Both the position numbers and the translations under genes were made by a program. Source: Parcubacteria group bacterium M6-OD1-4 (GTDB taxonomy: Bacteria; Patescibacteriota; Patescibacteriia; Patescibacteriales; UBA12465). Taken from it: a stretch of 64,000 nt of DNA. The stretch's first letter is position 1; every line of letters starts with the position of its first letter. The notes under the pieces were generated by a model, which was not told where the DNA came from, made no database searches, and saw only the letters and a program-made list of their open reading frames with translations. Shown piece after piece: positions 8,711 to 20,208 of this stretch. The DNA lies in assembly GCA_003056205.1 (NCBI GenBank), contig LSNS01000004.1, positions 55,870-119,869 on the forward strand. Reading direction: 5' to 3'.

Positions 8711-10231
8711 TTAATCTTTCTTTTCGTTTTTTTCTGATCGGGGTTTCATCAGCGGAAAAAGAGTAGTTTCTCGCAATGGTTTATCTACTAAAAAGGCGAA
8801 TAAACGTTCTCCAAAACCAAAACCACAAGTCGGAGGCATACCATATTCCAACATCTCGACAAATTCCCAATCAGGCATCATCGCTTCTTGATCACCTTGA
8901 TCAATTAATTTTTGTTGGAGTTCAAAACGTGCTTGTTGATCTTGGGGATCATTTAACTCTGAAAAACCATTCGCTAATTCACTACCAGCAATAATTACTT
9001 GAAAACGTTCTGTTAATTCTGGATTATCAACTTTAGCTTTAGATAAAGGTGAAACTAACTTAGGATGATTGATTAGAAATACTGGACCAGCAATATTCCG
9101 ACGACAATATTTCCAAAGAGTATCTGTTAAACGTTCCCGATTGGTCCCCTCGTACTTGACCTGTAATTTTTGTAGAGTGCTCATCATTTCTTGTTCGGAA
9201 GATTTCAAAACATCGATTCCGGTCTGTCGCAAAACCTCACTCTGATAATCTAATCGTGGCCATTCACCAGCTAAATCATAATGGAAATTTTTAGTGGTGA
9301 ATTTTGTTGTTTCAAAAACTTTTAAAGCTATTTCTTGAAATAAATCTTGAGTTAATTTCATGCCGTCCTCATAGTTAGCATAGGCCCAATAAAACTCCAT
9401 ATTGGTAAATTCTTGAAGATGATCAGGACTAGAGCCCTCGTTACGATATACTCGTCCAATTTCAAAAGTTTTTTCAAAACCAGCAGCCATTAATCTTTTC
9501 TGCCAAAGTTCCCCCACTGAAATGCGCATAAAAACATCTAAATCAAAATCATCATGATGAGTTTTAAAGGGATTAGCTTCTGCTCCACCAGTAGTCGTTT
9601 CAATTGTGGGAGTCTCGACCTCAAAAAATCCTTTTTCTTTCATGAAGTTACGAGTTACTTCCCAAAATTTAGCTTTTTTATAAAAAATTTCTCGAAGCTC
9701 GGGATTAAGTAAAAGATCTAAATAACGTTTTCGTAAGCGGTCATCTTCATCCTTTAAACCATACCAAGAATCAGGAATGGGACGTAGTGATTTCGTCAGT
9801 AATTGCCAATCTTTGACCATGACGCTTTTTTCCCCTTGATGAGTAAGAAAAACCTGTCCCTGAATAGCAATAAAATCACCAAGATCAATCAATTTAAGAA
9901 AATTATGATAAGAATCGGAGCCTAACTCTTTTTTAGAAAAAGCTAATTGAATTTTAGCTGAGGCATCTTCTAAATCGGCAAAAGTTAAATTACCATGCTC
10001 TCTTCGGCCTCGTAAACGTCCCACAATATGAAAAACTTTTTCTGATTTATTAAAATCATCAAAATCATCTAGAATGGTTTTAATTTTTTGATCACGTTTA
10101 ACTTGGGCGGGATAGGGATTAATACCCAGTTTGAGTAACTCTGCTAATTTTTTCAGACGATCTTGATGTTCACCACTGGCGGAGTGCTGAAGTTCTTGAT
10201 CTGCTGATTTTATTGAAGAAGTGCTAGACAT
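8711..10231 (-). CDS. lysS: lysine--tRNA ligase (class II)
   Basis: OB-fold; FFEVETP, GGAEANPF, YRNEG, EYGMPPTCGFGFG motifs. Confidence 0.97.
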   Translation of the reverse strand: MSSTSSIKSADQELQHSASGEHQDRLKKLAELLKLGINPYPAQVKRDQKIKTILDDFDDFNKSEKVFHIVGRLRGRREHGNLTFADLEDASAKIQLAFSKKELGSDSYHNFLKLIDLGDFIAIQGQVFLTHQGEKSVMVKDWQLLTKSLRPIPDSWYGLKDEDDRLRKRYLDLLLNPELREIFYKKAKFWEVTRNFMKEKGFFEVETPTIETTTGGAEANPFKTHHDDFDLDVFMRISVGELWQKRLMAAGFEKTFEIGRVYRNEGSSPDHLQEFTNMEFYWAYANYEDGMKLTQDLFQEIALKVFETTKFTTKNFHYDLAGEWPRLDYQSEVLRQTGIDVLKSSEQEMMSTLQKLQVKYEGTNRERLTDTLWKYCRRNIAGPVFLINHPKLVSPLSKAKVDNPELTERFQVIIAGSELANGFSELNDPQDQQARFELQQKLIDQGDQEAMMPDWEFVEMLEYGMPPTCGFGFGERLFAFLVDKPLRETTLFPLMKPRSEKNEKKD

Positions 10232-10249
10232 ATAGTTTAAATATGAATT

Positions 10250-10708
10250 TTAACTTACTTTAATAATTTTATATTTTACCCGGCCGTTAGGCGTTTCTAC
10301 TTCAACCTCTTCTCCGGAATGTCTATTTAAAAAAGCAACTCCGAGGGGTGATTCGTTGGAAATTTTTCCCTGAAGTGGATCGGCTTCATTAAAACTGACG
10401 ATAACATACTCTTTTTTACCGCCAGCTGAACGAACCAGCACTTTAGAACCCATGGCTACTTTTCCGTGAGAAGTTGTATTCTGAACAACAGTTACATTCT
10501 TTAAAGTATTCGATAACTCTGAAACTCGCCCCTCATTTAAGGCTTGAGCATCCTTTGCTTCGCTATACTCAGCATTTTCACTAAGATCACCATGCTCTTT
10601 AGCGCGCTCAATTCGCTCCGCAATTTCCTTTCGTCGTACCGTTGATAATAAGTTAAGCTCAGTCTTTAGTTTATCGTAGCCCTCCTGAGAAATAATTTGT
10701 TCGTTCAT
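10250..10708 (-). CDS. greA: transcription elongation factor GreA
   Basis: HGDLSENAEY; ISNESPLG. Confidence 0.96.
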   Translation of the reverse strand: MNEQIISQEGYDKLKTELNLLSTVRRKEIAERIERAKEHGDLSENAEYSEAKDAQALNEGRVSELSNTLKNVTVVQNTTSHGKVAMGSKVLVRSAGGKKEYVIVSFNEADPLQGKISNESPLGVAFLNRHSGEEVEVETPNGRVKYKIIKVS

Positions 10709-10741
10709 AATTTTATTCTTAAATGTTGAATATTAACAGAT

Positions 10742-12238
10742 TTAATATACTCTATTTGGCCAAATTAGACAAGAGCTAATAACCAAAAAACCAATTCCTA
10801 AAGGATGATTAAGGTAGGGGGTAAAAGTATGGGTCAAGGCTAAAAATATAATTCCCGTAGGCAAAGCATAAAATAAATAATTTGTAGTTTTCTTTGCTAA
10901 ACCTAAGCTATCAATAACTAATTTTAACAAAAACCATAAATAAGCCAATAAACCCAAGAAACCAATTTTTAGCCAAATACTTAAATAACCCCATTCAAAA
11001 GCATAAGTAGTATAACGACCAGTCGGATTCTTCTGTAAAACTCGAGGATCATGAGAAAAATAAGTAATAGTTGAACCGAAACCCTGACCCAATAGGGGTT
11101 GTTGTTTAATAGCCCTTGTTAAAATGGGAAGTAAGGCCCAACGAGAAGCAATCGCTGCTCCACTATTACTGGTCGTTCGCTTTAAGATACTTTGATCAAA
11201 ATTAGCAGATTTAGTTTGCCAATAGGGCCAAGCACTGATTAAATAAATAAAACTTAAACTTAAAATACTAACAGTCAAAAGCCAAATTCCAATTTTCACT
11301 ATTTTTTTCCAACCCCAACGAAAGCAAATTAAAATTAAACTGAAAACTAAAGCTCCTACAAAACCAAACCAAAAGCTACGAGAAAAACTTAACAATAGAG
11401 TACTTAAGAATAAAGCGGCTAATCCCAAACTTAATAAATTTCTAGTTTGAAAGAATTGTTTAAATTTAAAATGCCAAGCTTGAAACCAAAGAACAAAAAA
11501 GAAAGCAATGGCCGAAAAACTTTGGCTTTGAATAAAAATTCTTGGCCAACCCGTTAAGGTCGGAGTAATTTCTCCGCTAATCGTTCGTCGTAACCAAAAA
11601 TAAATATCTGGTCGTAAAGCTAAATGGTGAGTAAAAACAAATAATAAAAATAAAGTCTCTAAACTGAGAAATAAGGTACCACTTAAAAAAACAAAACGTA
11701 AACGTCGTAAGACTGCGGATTGGTGTTGCCCATAAACGATAATAGCGGGAAAGATTAAGAGAAAATAAAACCAGGCATTAACATCGGAGAAGATAATAAA
11801 GGGATTGTGCTGACGCCAAAAACCATTAACTACGCCAATTAAAATAAAAATAAATAATATCCCAATAATTTTCCAACCAGAAAACTTCCGTAAACTTTGT
11901 AAATAAGTAGACGGAGCTTTTTGAAATATTAATTGTTTAAGTAATTGTCCGGTAAAAACTAACATCAGAATTGACCAAAGAGCAATCCGAATCGCTAGTT
12001 GATAATTACCAATATTAAGATAGAAGAGATGACCTAAAGAACCAATTAATAATTCAGCCAAGACAATTAATAGACCATACTCTAATTTATACAGACTTAA
12101 TCCTAAAGTTATTAAGACGAGAATTAAAAAACTAAGTTGATTAACAATTGGAAAAAAAACACCATTAAAAGATAAGATTTCTATTATTAAAAAAATTAAT
12201 AAAGCGCCAATTAATGATAATTTTGGGTGAGTATTCAT
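10742..12238 (-). CDS. O-antigen ligase (Wzy_C) family membrane protein
   Basis: Many TM helices; SFSRSFW and PLLGQGFG motifs. Confidence 0.8.
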   Translation of the reverse strand: MNTHPKLSLIGALLIFLIIEILSFNGVFFPIVNQLSFLILVLITLGLSLYKLEYGLLIVLAELLIGSLGHLFYLNIGNYQLAIRIALWSILMLVFTGQLLKQLIFQKAPSTYLQSLRKFSGWKIIGILFIFILIGVVNGFWRQHNPFIIFSDVNAWFYFLLIFPAIIVYGQHQSAVLRRLRFVFLSGTLFLSLETLFLLFVFTHHLALRPDIYFWLRRTISGEITPTLTGWPRIFIQSQSFSAIAFFFVLWFQAWHFKFKQFFQTRNLLSLGLAALFLSTLLLSFSRSFWFGFVGALVFSLILICFRWGWKKIVKIGIWLLTVSILSLSFIYLISAWPYWQTKSANFDQSILKRTTSNSGAAIASRWALLPILTRAIKQQPLLGQGFGSTITYFSHDPRVLQKNPTGRYTTYAFEWGYLSIWLKIGFLGLLAYLWFLLKLVIDSLGLAKKTTNYLFYALPTGIIFLALTHTFTPYLNHPLGIGFLVISSCLIWPNRVY

Positions 12239-12290
12239 AATTTAATCTATTTAAAATAAACTAAAAACTAAATTTAAAAAATAATACTTT

Positions 12291-12818
12291 CTAAGAGCTA
12301 ACAATAACTTGATCGCCAATTTTTAAACTATGTTGTTTACTATAATTAGCGTTAACTTCTAAAACTTGATCAGCGGGACCACCACTCTTATAAATTTTTA
12401 ATGGTCCCTGGCTGGCTGGTGCTAAATTAGCAGCAATATTAACAATCCGTTTCTGATTAATAAAAATGATATCTAGGGGGAAATGCATGCGACGCATAAC
12501 AAATTCCCTTTCTTGATGATTATTAAAATTAAATAACATCCCACAATTAGGACACAAAGTAGCCCGATCGCTTAAACCTTGATATTGCTCTTGAGGAGTA
12601 CTTGCCACTTGAGCAACTATCAATTGATGATTAATACTCACTTTAACTGTCGGAAGCTGTTCTTGATTAATAATAATTGATGAACGCTGACTAATTTGAG
12701 ATCCAGGTACAAATTTAGGAATAATCAAAGCCAGTAAACCAACAAAAATTAAAAAAATACTTATTTTAATCAAATAATCAATAAAAGAATCCTGAGAAGA
12801 TATTTTAGGAAAGCCCAT
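12291..12818 (-). CDS. DUF192 domain protein
   Basis: GLSDR..GMLF..FVMRRMHFPLDIIFI..VLEVNA..GD. Confidence 0.85.
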   Translation of the reverse strand: MGFPKISSQDSFIDYLIKISIFLIFVGLLALIIPKFVPGSQISQRSSIIINQEQLPTVKVSINHQLIVAQVASTPQEQYQGLSDRATLCPNCGMLFNFNNHQEREFVMRRMHFPLDIIFINQKRIVNIAANLAPASQGPLKIYKSGGPADQVLEVNANYSKQHSLKIGDQVIVSS

Positions 12819-13506
12819 GTTTTTCTTTAATTATTTTTAAAGCTAAATTATACTTTTTAACTACTGGCAAAAAAGGACATAATTTATAAATTATTGATGG
12901 TAACCAAGAACTAATTGTTCCACCAGGACTAATTTTAAAGAGAACTTGATTAAGCCAAAAACCACTCTTACCCTGCTCCAGCATCGTTAACCATAAATCC
13001 CAATCTTGAAATTTTTTTATTTTTTCATCCCAAGCATCCACCGGAAAATCTGCCCGACGAATTAAGGCCATGGTATGAATACCGGGAGCAGTTCGTAATC
13101 GATCGGGATTAAATTCGCCAACTTTAAAAAGTTTTCGCCCCCAATAGAAAGAAGGATAAACATAACTAGCCTCAGGATGTTCAATTAAGGTTTTCAACAT
13201 CATTTCTAAGGCTTCCCTTTTTAAAATGGCATCCGCATCACAAAAAAATAAATAATCACCATGTGCCCGTTGATAACCATGATTACGAGCTGCCGGAGCT
13301 CCGCGATGTTCTTGATTAAGAAATAAATACTGATGATCAGTTTTCAATTTTTGATAATAATTAGCAAATATTTTTTCCACTTGATCCCGAGAACCATCGT
13401 TAACAATAATTACTTCATAATCAGTCAGCGTTTGGTAGGCAATACTTTCTAAAGTTTTAATTAATTTGGAAGCCTGATTATAAACAGGAATAATAATAGA
13501 AATCAT
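12805..13506 (-). CDS. glycosyltransferase family 2
   Basis: ISIIIPVYN, VNDGS, DAD motif. Confidence 0.92.
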   Translation of the reverse strand: MISIIIPVYNQASKLIKTLESIAYQTLTDYEVIIVNDGSRDQVEKIFANYYQKLKTDHQYLFLNQEHRGAPAARNHGYQRAHGDYLFFCDADAILKREALEMMLKTLIEHPEASYVYPSFYWGRKLFKVGEFNPDRLRTAPGIHTMALIRRADFPVDAWDEKIKKFQDWDLWLTMLEQGKSGFWLNQVLFKISPGGTISSWLPSIIYKLCPFLPVVKKYNLALKIIKEKHGLS

Positions 13507-13511
13507 AAATA

Positions 13512-14597
13512 TTATTGCTTAATTAAAGATACTAACTTAAAAATTTGTTTTGACCAATTAAATTTCTGGACCGCCCGTAAACGACCTTGTGCTCCTAATT
13601 TCTGCCGTAAATCGCCATCCAGGATTAATCTACCAAGAGCTTTTTTAAGATCTTCTATATTTTCTGAATCAACTAATAAACCATTATAATTATCTTGAAC
13701 AGCATCAGCGACACCGCCAGAGCGACCAGCAATTACCGGAGTACTGGTCAAATTAGCTTCTAAATAAACAATCCCAAAACCTTCATAATCGCCAGCAATT
13801 TTTCGAGCAGGCATAATAAAGATATCACTTTTCTCTAACCAGAGCCATTTATCTTTTTCGCTAATTGCCCCTAAAAAAATAATTTGCGAGGAAAGCGTAG
13901 TCGGCGCTAAATTTTTTAAATACTCTTCATCAGGACCTTGCCCAGCAATAACATAAACTACTTGCTGAAGCATCTCGGTTGGTAACTCACCCAGAGCCTG
14001 GAGCACTTGATCAAATCCTTTTCGTCTGACAAGACGTCCTAAACTAAATAGAATTGTTTTATTATCTAAATTATAACGAGTATTTAAATTTTGTAAATCT
14101 GACGTACTTGCTAGTGCCTGGTTAGGATTAATACCAGGATTAATTAGAATTATTTTTTTCTGAATTCGCGGATAAAAATCAGCAACTTGTTTCGCCACAT
14201 AACTATTAGCACAAATAATCTTTTGTGCTCGTTTCAAAATAAAACGAGTTAATAATTTTTTTCGTTTAGTTTTTAAAGCTAGAGACCAGTCTAGACCATG
14301 TAAAAAAACAGCATATTTAAGAGGTTTAAATAAGGATAAAAGAGCGGTTACCGTTCCGAGAGGTAAAATTTGACCAACCAGAACATAATCAATCTGATCC
14401 CGTTGGACTTGCCTTTTTAGAACTCCTAAAGCTCGCCACCAAGATAAAAACCCCAGATTAGATTGTAATTCTTGCTGATTATTATTGAGAACAACTATTT
14501 TTTCTTCACGGGGCCAATATTTAACTAAATTACCATAATAATTAGCCACCCCCCCTTGAAAAGGTGGAAATTCTAAAGTAAAAAGCAAAGTTTTCAT
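13512..14597 (-). CDS. glycosyltransferase family 4
   Basis: FPPFQGG, GRLVRRKG, EGFGIVYLEA. Confidence 0.92.
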   Translation of the reverse strand: MKTLLFTLEFPPFQGGVANYYGNLVKYWPREEKIVVLNNNQQELQSNLGFLSWWRALGVLKRQVQRDQIDYVLVGQILPLGTVTALLSLFKPLKYAVFLHGLDWSLALKTKRKKLLTRFILKRAQKIICANSYVAKQVADFYPRIQKKIILINPGINPNQALASTSDLQNLNTRYNLDNKTILFSLGRLVRRKGFDQVLQALGELPTEMLQQVVYVIAGQGPDEEYLKNLAPTTLSSQIIFLGAISEKDKWLWLEKSDIFIMPARKIAGDYEGFGIVYLEANLTSTPVIAGRSGGVADAVQDNYNGLLVDSENIEDLKKALGRLILDGDLRQKLGAQGRLRAVQKFNWSKQIFKLVSLIKQ

Positions 14598-14724
14598 AAA
14601 TTTCTATTAACTCTAATTAGTCTTGATTAAATTTAGAACTTATGCTACCATCATATTACCATAAAATAAAAATAAATATAATAAAGATTTTATTAAATAT
14701 CAATAAAATCTTTTTTACCTTATT

Positions 14725-15060
14725 ATGAAAACCAATACGCATCCTAAATATTATCCAAATTGTAAAGTAACTTGTGTCTGTGGCAATACTTTTTTAACTG
14801 GCTCTACCGAACCAGAGATTAAAGTTGAACTTTGTTCAGCCTGTCATCCTTTTTATACTGGTAAACAGAAACTGGTTGATAGTGCACGACGAGTTGAAAA
14901 ATTTACCTCAAAATTAAAAGCTCGCGAAACTTTATCAAAAGATAAAAAAGGCAAAAAAGTTAAACGTGCTGCCCGCGCAAAGGTTCGGGCCAAGAAGGAA
15001 GTAGTCGTCAAGACCACTGATTTGAAAAAGATTGCTCAGGTAAAATTAAGCAAAAAATAA
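14725..15060 (+). CDS. rpmE: 50S ribosomal protein L31 (Zn-binding type, basic C-terminal extension)
   Basis: [18 protein letters not shown]. Confidence 0.95.
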   Translation: MKTNTHPKYYPNCKVTCVCGNTFLTGSTEPEIKVELCSACHPFYTGKQKLVDSARRVEKFTSKLKARETLSKDKKGKKVKRAARAKVRAKKEVVVKTTDLKKIAQVKLSKK

Positions 15061-15179
15061 GACTATTTAAACAACGAAGCTTAATTATTGATTGCTTTTA
15101 TGCTAAAATAATTAGAGACTAGTTGTTTTTTAGTATCTCAAAAGTTTTCAATCTTTAAAACTTTAAATTCAAAATTTCT

Positions 15180-16259
15180 ATGTATGAAGAAATTAAAACT
15201 AAATTTGCTAAATTAGAGAAAGAATTAATGGACCCAGCAATTGCTCAAGATCAAAAGAAAATCATTAAAATTTCTCAAGAACATGCTAATTTGAGAAAAA
15301 TTATTGCTGACATTTTAAAATTGGAAAAAGTACAAGAAGATATTCAACAAAATAACGAAATTATTTCTCAAGACAATGAAGCCGAACTACAAAGTCTAGC
15401 TCAAGAAGAACTAGGTATTTTAAAACATAAAGCCCAAGAATTAACCGAAAGAATAGAAGCCGAATTACACCCCGCAAGTCCAAATGATAAAAAAAATGCG
15501 ATTATTGAAATTCGGGCTGGAACAGGTGGTGATGAAGCGGCTTTATTCGCCGGTGATTTATTTCGGATGTATTCACGTTATTGTGAACGCCATCATTGGA
15601 AACTGAGCTTAATCAACTCTAGTATTATGGGTTTAGGAGGCTTTAAAGAAATTATCTTTAAAGTAAGCGGTCTTGGTGCTTATGGTCTTCTAAAATTTGA
15701 AGCTGGCACCCATCGAGTACAACGGGTTCCCGAAACTGAAAAACAAGGACGAGTTCACACCTCGACAGCAACTGTTGTTGTCTTACCAGAGGCAGAAGAA
15801 ATTGATATTGAAATTAAACCTAGCGATCTCCGCATTGATACTTTTTGTTCTAGTGGACCAGGTGGGCAAAGCGTTAATACCACTTACTCGGCCATCAGAA
15901 TTCTCCATTTACCAACCGGACTAATTGTCAGTTGCCAGGACCAAAAATCACAACATCAGAATAAAGAACAAGCTTTACAGGTCCTACGTTCACGCCTCCT
16001 AGCGAAGCACGAAGAAGAACAACGGCAGGCTAACTCTCAGACTAGAGAGTCCCAAGTTGGTGCGGGAAATCGAGTAGATAAGATTAGAACTTATAATTTT
16101 TCTCAAGACCGAGTTACCGATCATCGTCTTAATATTTCTTGGCATAATATTGCCAAAATAATGGACGGAGAAATTGATGAACTAATTTTAGCTTTAAAAA
16201 ATGCTGATCAAAATAAAACTAATAAACAAACTCGGGTTTCAGCTCAAAAAGAAGACTAG
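15180..16259 (+). CDS. prfA: peptide chain release factor 1
   Basis: GTGGDEA, PET anticodon-mimic motif, GGQ. Confidence 0.96.
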   Translation: MYEEIKTKFAKLEKELMDPAIAQDQKKIIKISQEHANLRKIIADILKLEKVQEDIQQNNEIISQDNEAELQSLAQEELGILKHKAQELTERIEAELHPASPNDKKNAIIEIRAGTGGDEAALFAGDLFRMYSRYCERHHWKLSLINSSIMGLGGFKEIIFKVSGLGAYGLLKFEAGTHRVQRVPETEKQGRVHTSTATVVVLPEAEEIDIEIKPSDLRIDTFCSSGPGGQSVNTTYSAIRILHLPTGLIVSCQDQKSQHQNKEQALQVLRSRLLAKHEEEQRQANSQTRESQVGAGNRVDKIRTYNFSQDRVTDHRLNISWHNIAKIMDGEIDELILALKNADQNKTNKQTRVSAQKED

Positions 16260-16279
16260 GAATTAATGAAAAAACAAAC

Positions 16280-17218
16280 ATGAGCATCTCGCCACAACAA
16301 TCATCACCATCAATTCTTAATATTCAGCAGGTTTTTAAAAATTCCTCTCAGACTCCACTAGAAACCCAAATTCTTTTATCTTTTTTGTTAAAAAAACCTC
16401 CCGAATTTATTCTGGCACATCCAGAAACTAAAATTTCTTCATTAATTTATAAAAAATTTAAAGTTTTAGAAAAAAAACGTCAAAAAAATTATCCCCTAGC
16501 CTATTTAATTGGACAAAAGTCATTTTATAAATTAGATTTTAAAATCAGTTCGGCAGTTCTCTGTCCTCGTCCGGAAACAGAATTGTTAGTTACTGAAGTC
16601 TTAAAAGAGATTAGCCAAAATAAGAACAAACAAAAAAAACCAAAAAAAATCATTATTATTGACATCGGCACTGGTTCGGGGGCAATTATTATTAGTTTAG
16701 CCCAAGAAATAAAACAGTTTTGGCCAGCGATTTTTAGAAACACTAAATTCATTGCTAGTGATATTTCCCAATCTGCTCTCAAAATTGCTAAAGAAAATAG
16801 TAAAATCCAAGGTTTTCAAACTAAAATAAAATTCTATCACAGCAATCTTTTAGCAACAATTAAGCTCCAGCCTTCAGAACTATTAAACTCTCAATTGATT
16901 ATTACCGCTAATTTACCCTATCTCACCCCACCACAAATTAAAAAGGCTCCGACAATTAGTCGTGAACCCTTAATCGCCCTGGATGGCGGTTCAGATGGTT
17001 TGAAATATTATCGTCAACTATTCTTAGAATTAGCTAGTGTTTCTAATTTAGTTCAAAAAAAGAAAAGCTTGCAAAGTTTTTCAATTTTTTGTGAAATTAA
17101 TCCTGAACAAAAAAAGAAAATAGAGTTATTGATGAAAAAACGTTTTCATAATTTCCAATTAAAATTTTGTCAAGATTTAAGAAATAAAACTCGTTTAGCA
17201 ATTTTAAAAATAGATTAA
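16280..17218 (+). CDS. prmC: release factor glutamine methyltransferase
   Basis: PRPETE, DIGTGSG, NLPY; follows prfA. Confidence 0.93.
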   Translation: MSISPQQSSPSILNIQQVFKNSSQTPLETQILLSFLLKKPPEFILAHPETKISSLIYKKFKVLEKKRQKNYPLAYLIGQKSFYKLDFKISSAVLCPRPETELLVTEVLKEISQNKNKQKKPKKIIIIDIGTGSGAIIISLAQEIKQFWPAIFRNTKFIASDISQSALKIAKENSKIQGFQTKIKFYHSNLLATIKLQPSELLNSQLIITANLPYLTPPQIKKAPTISREPLIALDGGSDGLKYYRQLFLELASVSNLVQKKKSLQSFSIFCEINPEQKKKIELLMKKRFHNFQLKFCQDLRNKTRLAILKID

Positions 17219-17310
17219 TAATTCTCTGACTAATTGCTGGTTGCTAATTAATAATAAATACTAAACCACCTTGATTAAGTTAAGAGAATAAATAATAAAT
17301 TCAAGATTCA

Positions 17311-17340
17311 AAAAAGACAAGTATATTAACTTGTCTTTTT
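17311..17340. terminator. bidirectional intrinsic terminator
   Basis: AAAAAGACAAGT..ACTTGTCTTTTT between convergent prmC and rplY. Confidence 0.7.
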
Positions 17341-17375
17341 ATTTCAAATAAAATTGATTTATTCTAGCTATTTTT

Positions 17376-18059
17376 TTACTCTTTCCGGCCACTGTTAGAA
17401 TTTTCCTTTTTTTCTTCTCCCTTCCCTTCAGAGTTTTCTTTGCTACTCTCGGAATTCTTTTCTGATTCTCCGCCTTCGCTTTCACTGGTTGCTTCCGCTT
17501 CTTCAGTCTCTTCTAGCTCTATAGCCTTCGGTTCACGAACAGCAGCAATCACGTCATTCGTCTCTCGGACTAAAGTTAAACCATTAGGTAGTTGTAGATC
17601 ATTAACACGAATAGCATTATTAAAAGTCTCTAAGACAGAAATATCAATATCAAGATGATCAACTAAATCACTAGGTAAACATTCTACTTCTAAAACATTT
17701 AATTCTTTAACTAAAGTTCCGCCAAGTTCTTTCACAGCTTTAGACTCGCCAATGAAAGCGAGAGGGATTTCCGCTGTAGTCTTTTCTTTCATATTAACTT
17801 GATAAAAATCAACATGAATAAAAGAACCTTTAATGATATCTTTTTGGGTGTCCTTAACTAAAACTTTTACCGCCCCTGAACCATAATCTAAATCAATTAG
17901 ATTTGATTCCCCAGCTTCCTTAAATGTTTTATCAAAATCATTTTTTTTAATCTTTAAAATTTGATTTTTAATTTCTTTCCCATACAAAACTCCGGGAATA
18001 AAATCAGAAGACAATTTTTCACGAGTTTCACGAGTTTGGGCTTTTAATTTGATGGTCAT
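17376..18059 (-). CDS. rplY: 50S ribosomal protein L25 (Ctc type, acidic tail)
   Basis: IPGVLYG, HVDFY; start taken at MTIKLKA (18059) to avoid overlap with rodA. Confidence 0.92.
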   Translation of the reverse strand: MTIKLKAQTRETREKLSSDFIPGVLYGKEIKNQILKIKKNDFDKTFKEAGESNLIDLDYGSGAVKVLVKDTQKDIIKGSFIHVDFYQVNMKEKTTAEIPLAFIGESKAVKELGGTLVKELNVLEVECLPSDLVDHLDIDISVLETFNNAIRVNDLQLPNGLTLVRETNDVIAAVREPKAIELEETEEAEATSESEGGESEKNSESSKENSEGKGEEKKENSNSGRKE

Positions 18060-18063
18060 AAAT

Positions 18064-19170
18064 TTAATAACTAATTTTCGATTTAATAATAATATTTTCA
18101 ACAATCCCTACTAAAATCAGTAAAGATACTAAAGAACTACCACCATAGCTAACGAATGGTAAAGGCAAACCAACGATAGGCATGATTCCTAAGTTCATCC
18201 CTATATTAATAAACATTTGCACAAAAATCAAGCCCGCTGCTCCAATAACAAAATAAATTCCAAAATCATTCTTGATTTTCGGTAATATTCGCCAACATCG
18301 CCAAAAAAATATAAAATAAAAAGCCAAGACCAGCAAGACCCCCACAAAACCTAATTCCTCGGCAATCACTGAAAAAATAAAATCTGTGTGTGCTTCGGGT
18401 AAGAATTTTAATTGCGACTGGGAGCCTAAACCAAGCCCTTTACCCGCTAAGCCCCCCGAACCAATAGCAATCATCGCTTGAGAAATATTATAACCAGATT
18501 TTTGACTATTAATTCCTGGATTAATAAAATTAATAATACGGTCCTTCTGATAATTTTTAAACATTAGAAACCAAGAGGCCACAAAAAAGATACTAACTAC
18601 TAAAAAAATACTAATAAAATATTTTTTATTAAAACCAGCCGCCAAAACCATTACTAGCCAAATCATTCCTAAAATAATTGCCGATCCTAAATCAGGTTGT
18701 AATAAAACTAAAAAGATTAAAAAAGAAACACTAATAGCAGAAATTATAAAATGACGTGTAGTTTTCACTTTAGTTGCTAAATTAGCAAAAAAACTTGCTA
18801 AAAAGAGAATTAAAATGATTTTTACTAATTCCACAGGTTGAAGACTAAAGCCTTGAAAAACCAACCAACCCTGATGACCCCGAATATTATTTCCTAAGAT
18901 GAGAACAATTACCAATAAAATTATGGCGAATAGATAGAGATAACGGTTAAAGCCCTTTAAAGAATAAATATTGATAAAAGAAAAAACAAAGAGAATCAAA
19001 AAACCAGCAATGGCAAAGACTAATTGTTTTTTAAAATTCAATAAATAGGGACCACCTTGACCGAGAGAGATGCTGTAAATTTCAATTAAACCAAAGCTCA
19101 CCAATAATAAAACAGCGACAAGCATAATCCAATCAAAATTTTTAAGATAAAGTTTAAGATGATTAAGCAT
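18064..19170 (-). CDS. rodA: rod shape-determining SEDS protein RodA
   Basis: QPVELVK, QPDLG, LPEAHTDFIF, PFVSYGGSS. Confidence 0.9.
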   Translation of the reverse strand: MLNHLKLYLKNFDWIMLVAVLLLVSFGLIEIYSISLGQGGPYLLNFKKQLVFAIAGFLILFVFSFINIYSLKGFNRYLYLFAIILLVIVLILGNNIRGHQGWLVFQGFSLQPVELVKIILILFLASFFANLATKVKTTRHFIISAISVSFLIFLVLLQPDLGSAIILGMIWLVMVLAAGFNKKYFISIFLVVSIFFVASWFLMFKNYQKDRIINFINPGINSQKSGYNISQAMIAIGSGGLAGKGLGLGSQSQLKFLPEAHTDFIFSVIAEELGFVGVLLVLAFYFIFFWRCWRILPKIKNDFGIYFVIGAAGLIFVQMFINIGMNLGIMPIVGLPLPFVSYGGSSLVSLLILVGIVENIIIKSKISY

Positions 19171-19180
19171 AAGAATTACT

Positions 19181-20143
19181 CTAGTTAGAGATTATCCCTC
19201 GATACGGTAAATAAATACCATCGGATAATAAATTAAGATCTGGTTCAATCTCTGTCCGATCAACTCCTGATAAATTACCAGTCCAAACTATTTCTATTTT
19301 TCTCTCTTCTCCACTAAAGAAATTTTCTAGAAAATATTGATTAACCCCTACTAACTTATTGCCACTAAAAAATAGAATATTCAATGGCACTTGATAATAA
19401 CCATAAGGGCTTTGATTTTGAATAGAAAAATTTAAACTATTTAAAGCAATTTTTTGTGATAAACTATTATTTTGAGCTGGAGTAAATTTTATATTTTTTA
19501 TGGAAAAATTAAGATGATTATTAAGATAATAAGTCCAATTCGGAATCTGATGAAGATCAATCCGTCGCCAAGAGATACTCTTAATCTTGAATTTTAAATC
19601 TTGAGAGTTAGAATTCATAACTTGACTTAAATCAAAAATATATTTTTTCTGATTCGGCAAAATAAAAGCTTTTTTACAAACTAACACTTTATTAGTTTGA
19701 CTAAAACAATATTCAAAATTAGCACTAAACTTGGCATTAGGATTAAATATTCTCACAACTAAATCACTCTTGCCAGAATAATAATTATTAAAAATATTTA
19801 GTGGAGAAACCTGAAGACTGCTAACTATTTTTCGAGGAGATTGGGGGACAGTATCATTTATTAACTGCGAGCCAACATTAGCAGATTTAAAATAAATAAC
19901 ATAATTATAAGCTGAATAAATGAAGAGTCCAGCAGAAATAATAATCAAAATAATAATAAATATTCCCCGAATTTTTTTTCGATTATTAGCTAACCAGAGG
20001 CCAAAGTTTAAATCTCTTAAACTGAGGTTATTGGTTTGGTCATATTCTTTTAAATCTGGAACTCGATGAATATCCTCTCCCTGATTATTTTCATTCTCAT
20101 GCTGAGTATTTTCCTTTTGAGAAGCATTTTCCTCTTTAAGCAT
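19181..20143 (-). CDS. hypothetical single-pass membrane protein
   Basis: One TM followed by a beta-rich extracellular region. Confidence 0.7.
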   Translation of the reverse strand: MLKEENASQKENTQHENENNQGEDIHRVPDLKEYDQTNNLSLRDLNFGLWLANNRKKIRGIFIIILIIISAGLFIYSAYNYVIYFKSANVGSQLINDTVPQSPRKIVSSLQVSPLNIFNNYYSGKSDLVVRIFNPNAKFSANFEYCFSQTNKVLVCKKAFILPNQKKYIFDLSQVMNSNSQDLKFKIKSISWRRIDLHQIPNWTYYLNNHLNFSIKNIKFTPAQNNSLSQKIALNSLNFSIQNQSPYGYYQVPLNILFFSGNKLVGVNQYFLENFFSGEERKIEIVWTGNLSGVDRTEIEPDLNLLSDGIYLPYRGIISN

Positions 20144-20208
20144 ATTTATGATATAATATTTTAATACTATTATAGTATCATATTATTATAAATTTATAAA
20201 TATTTTAT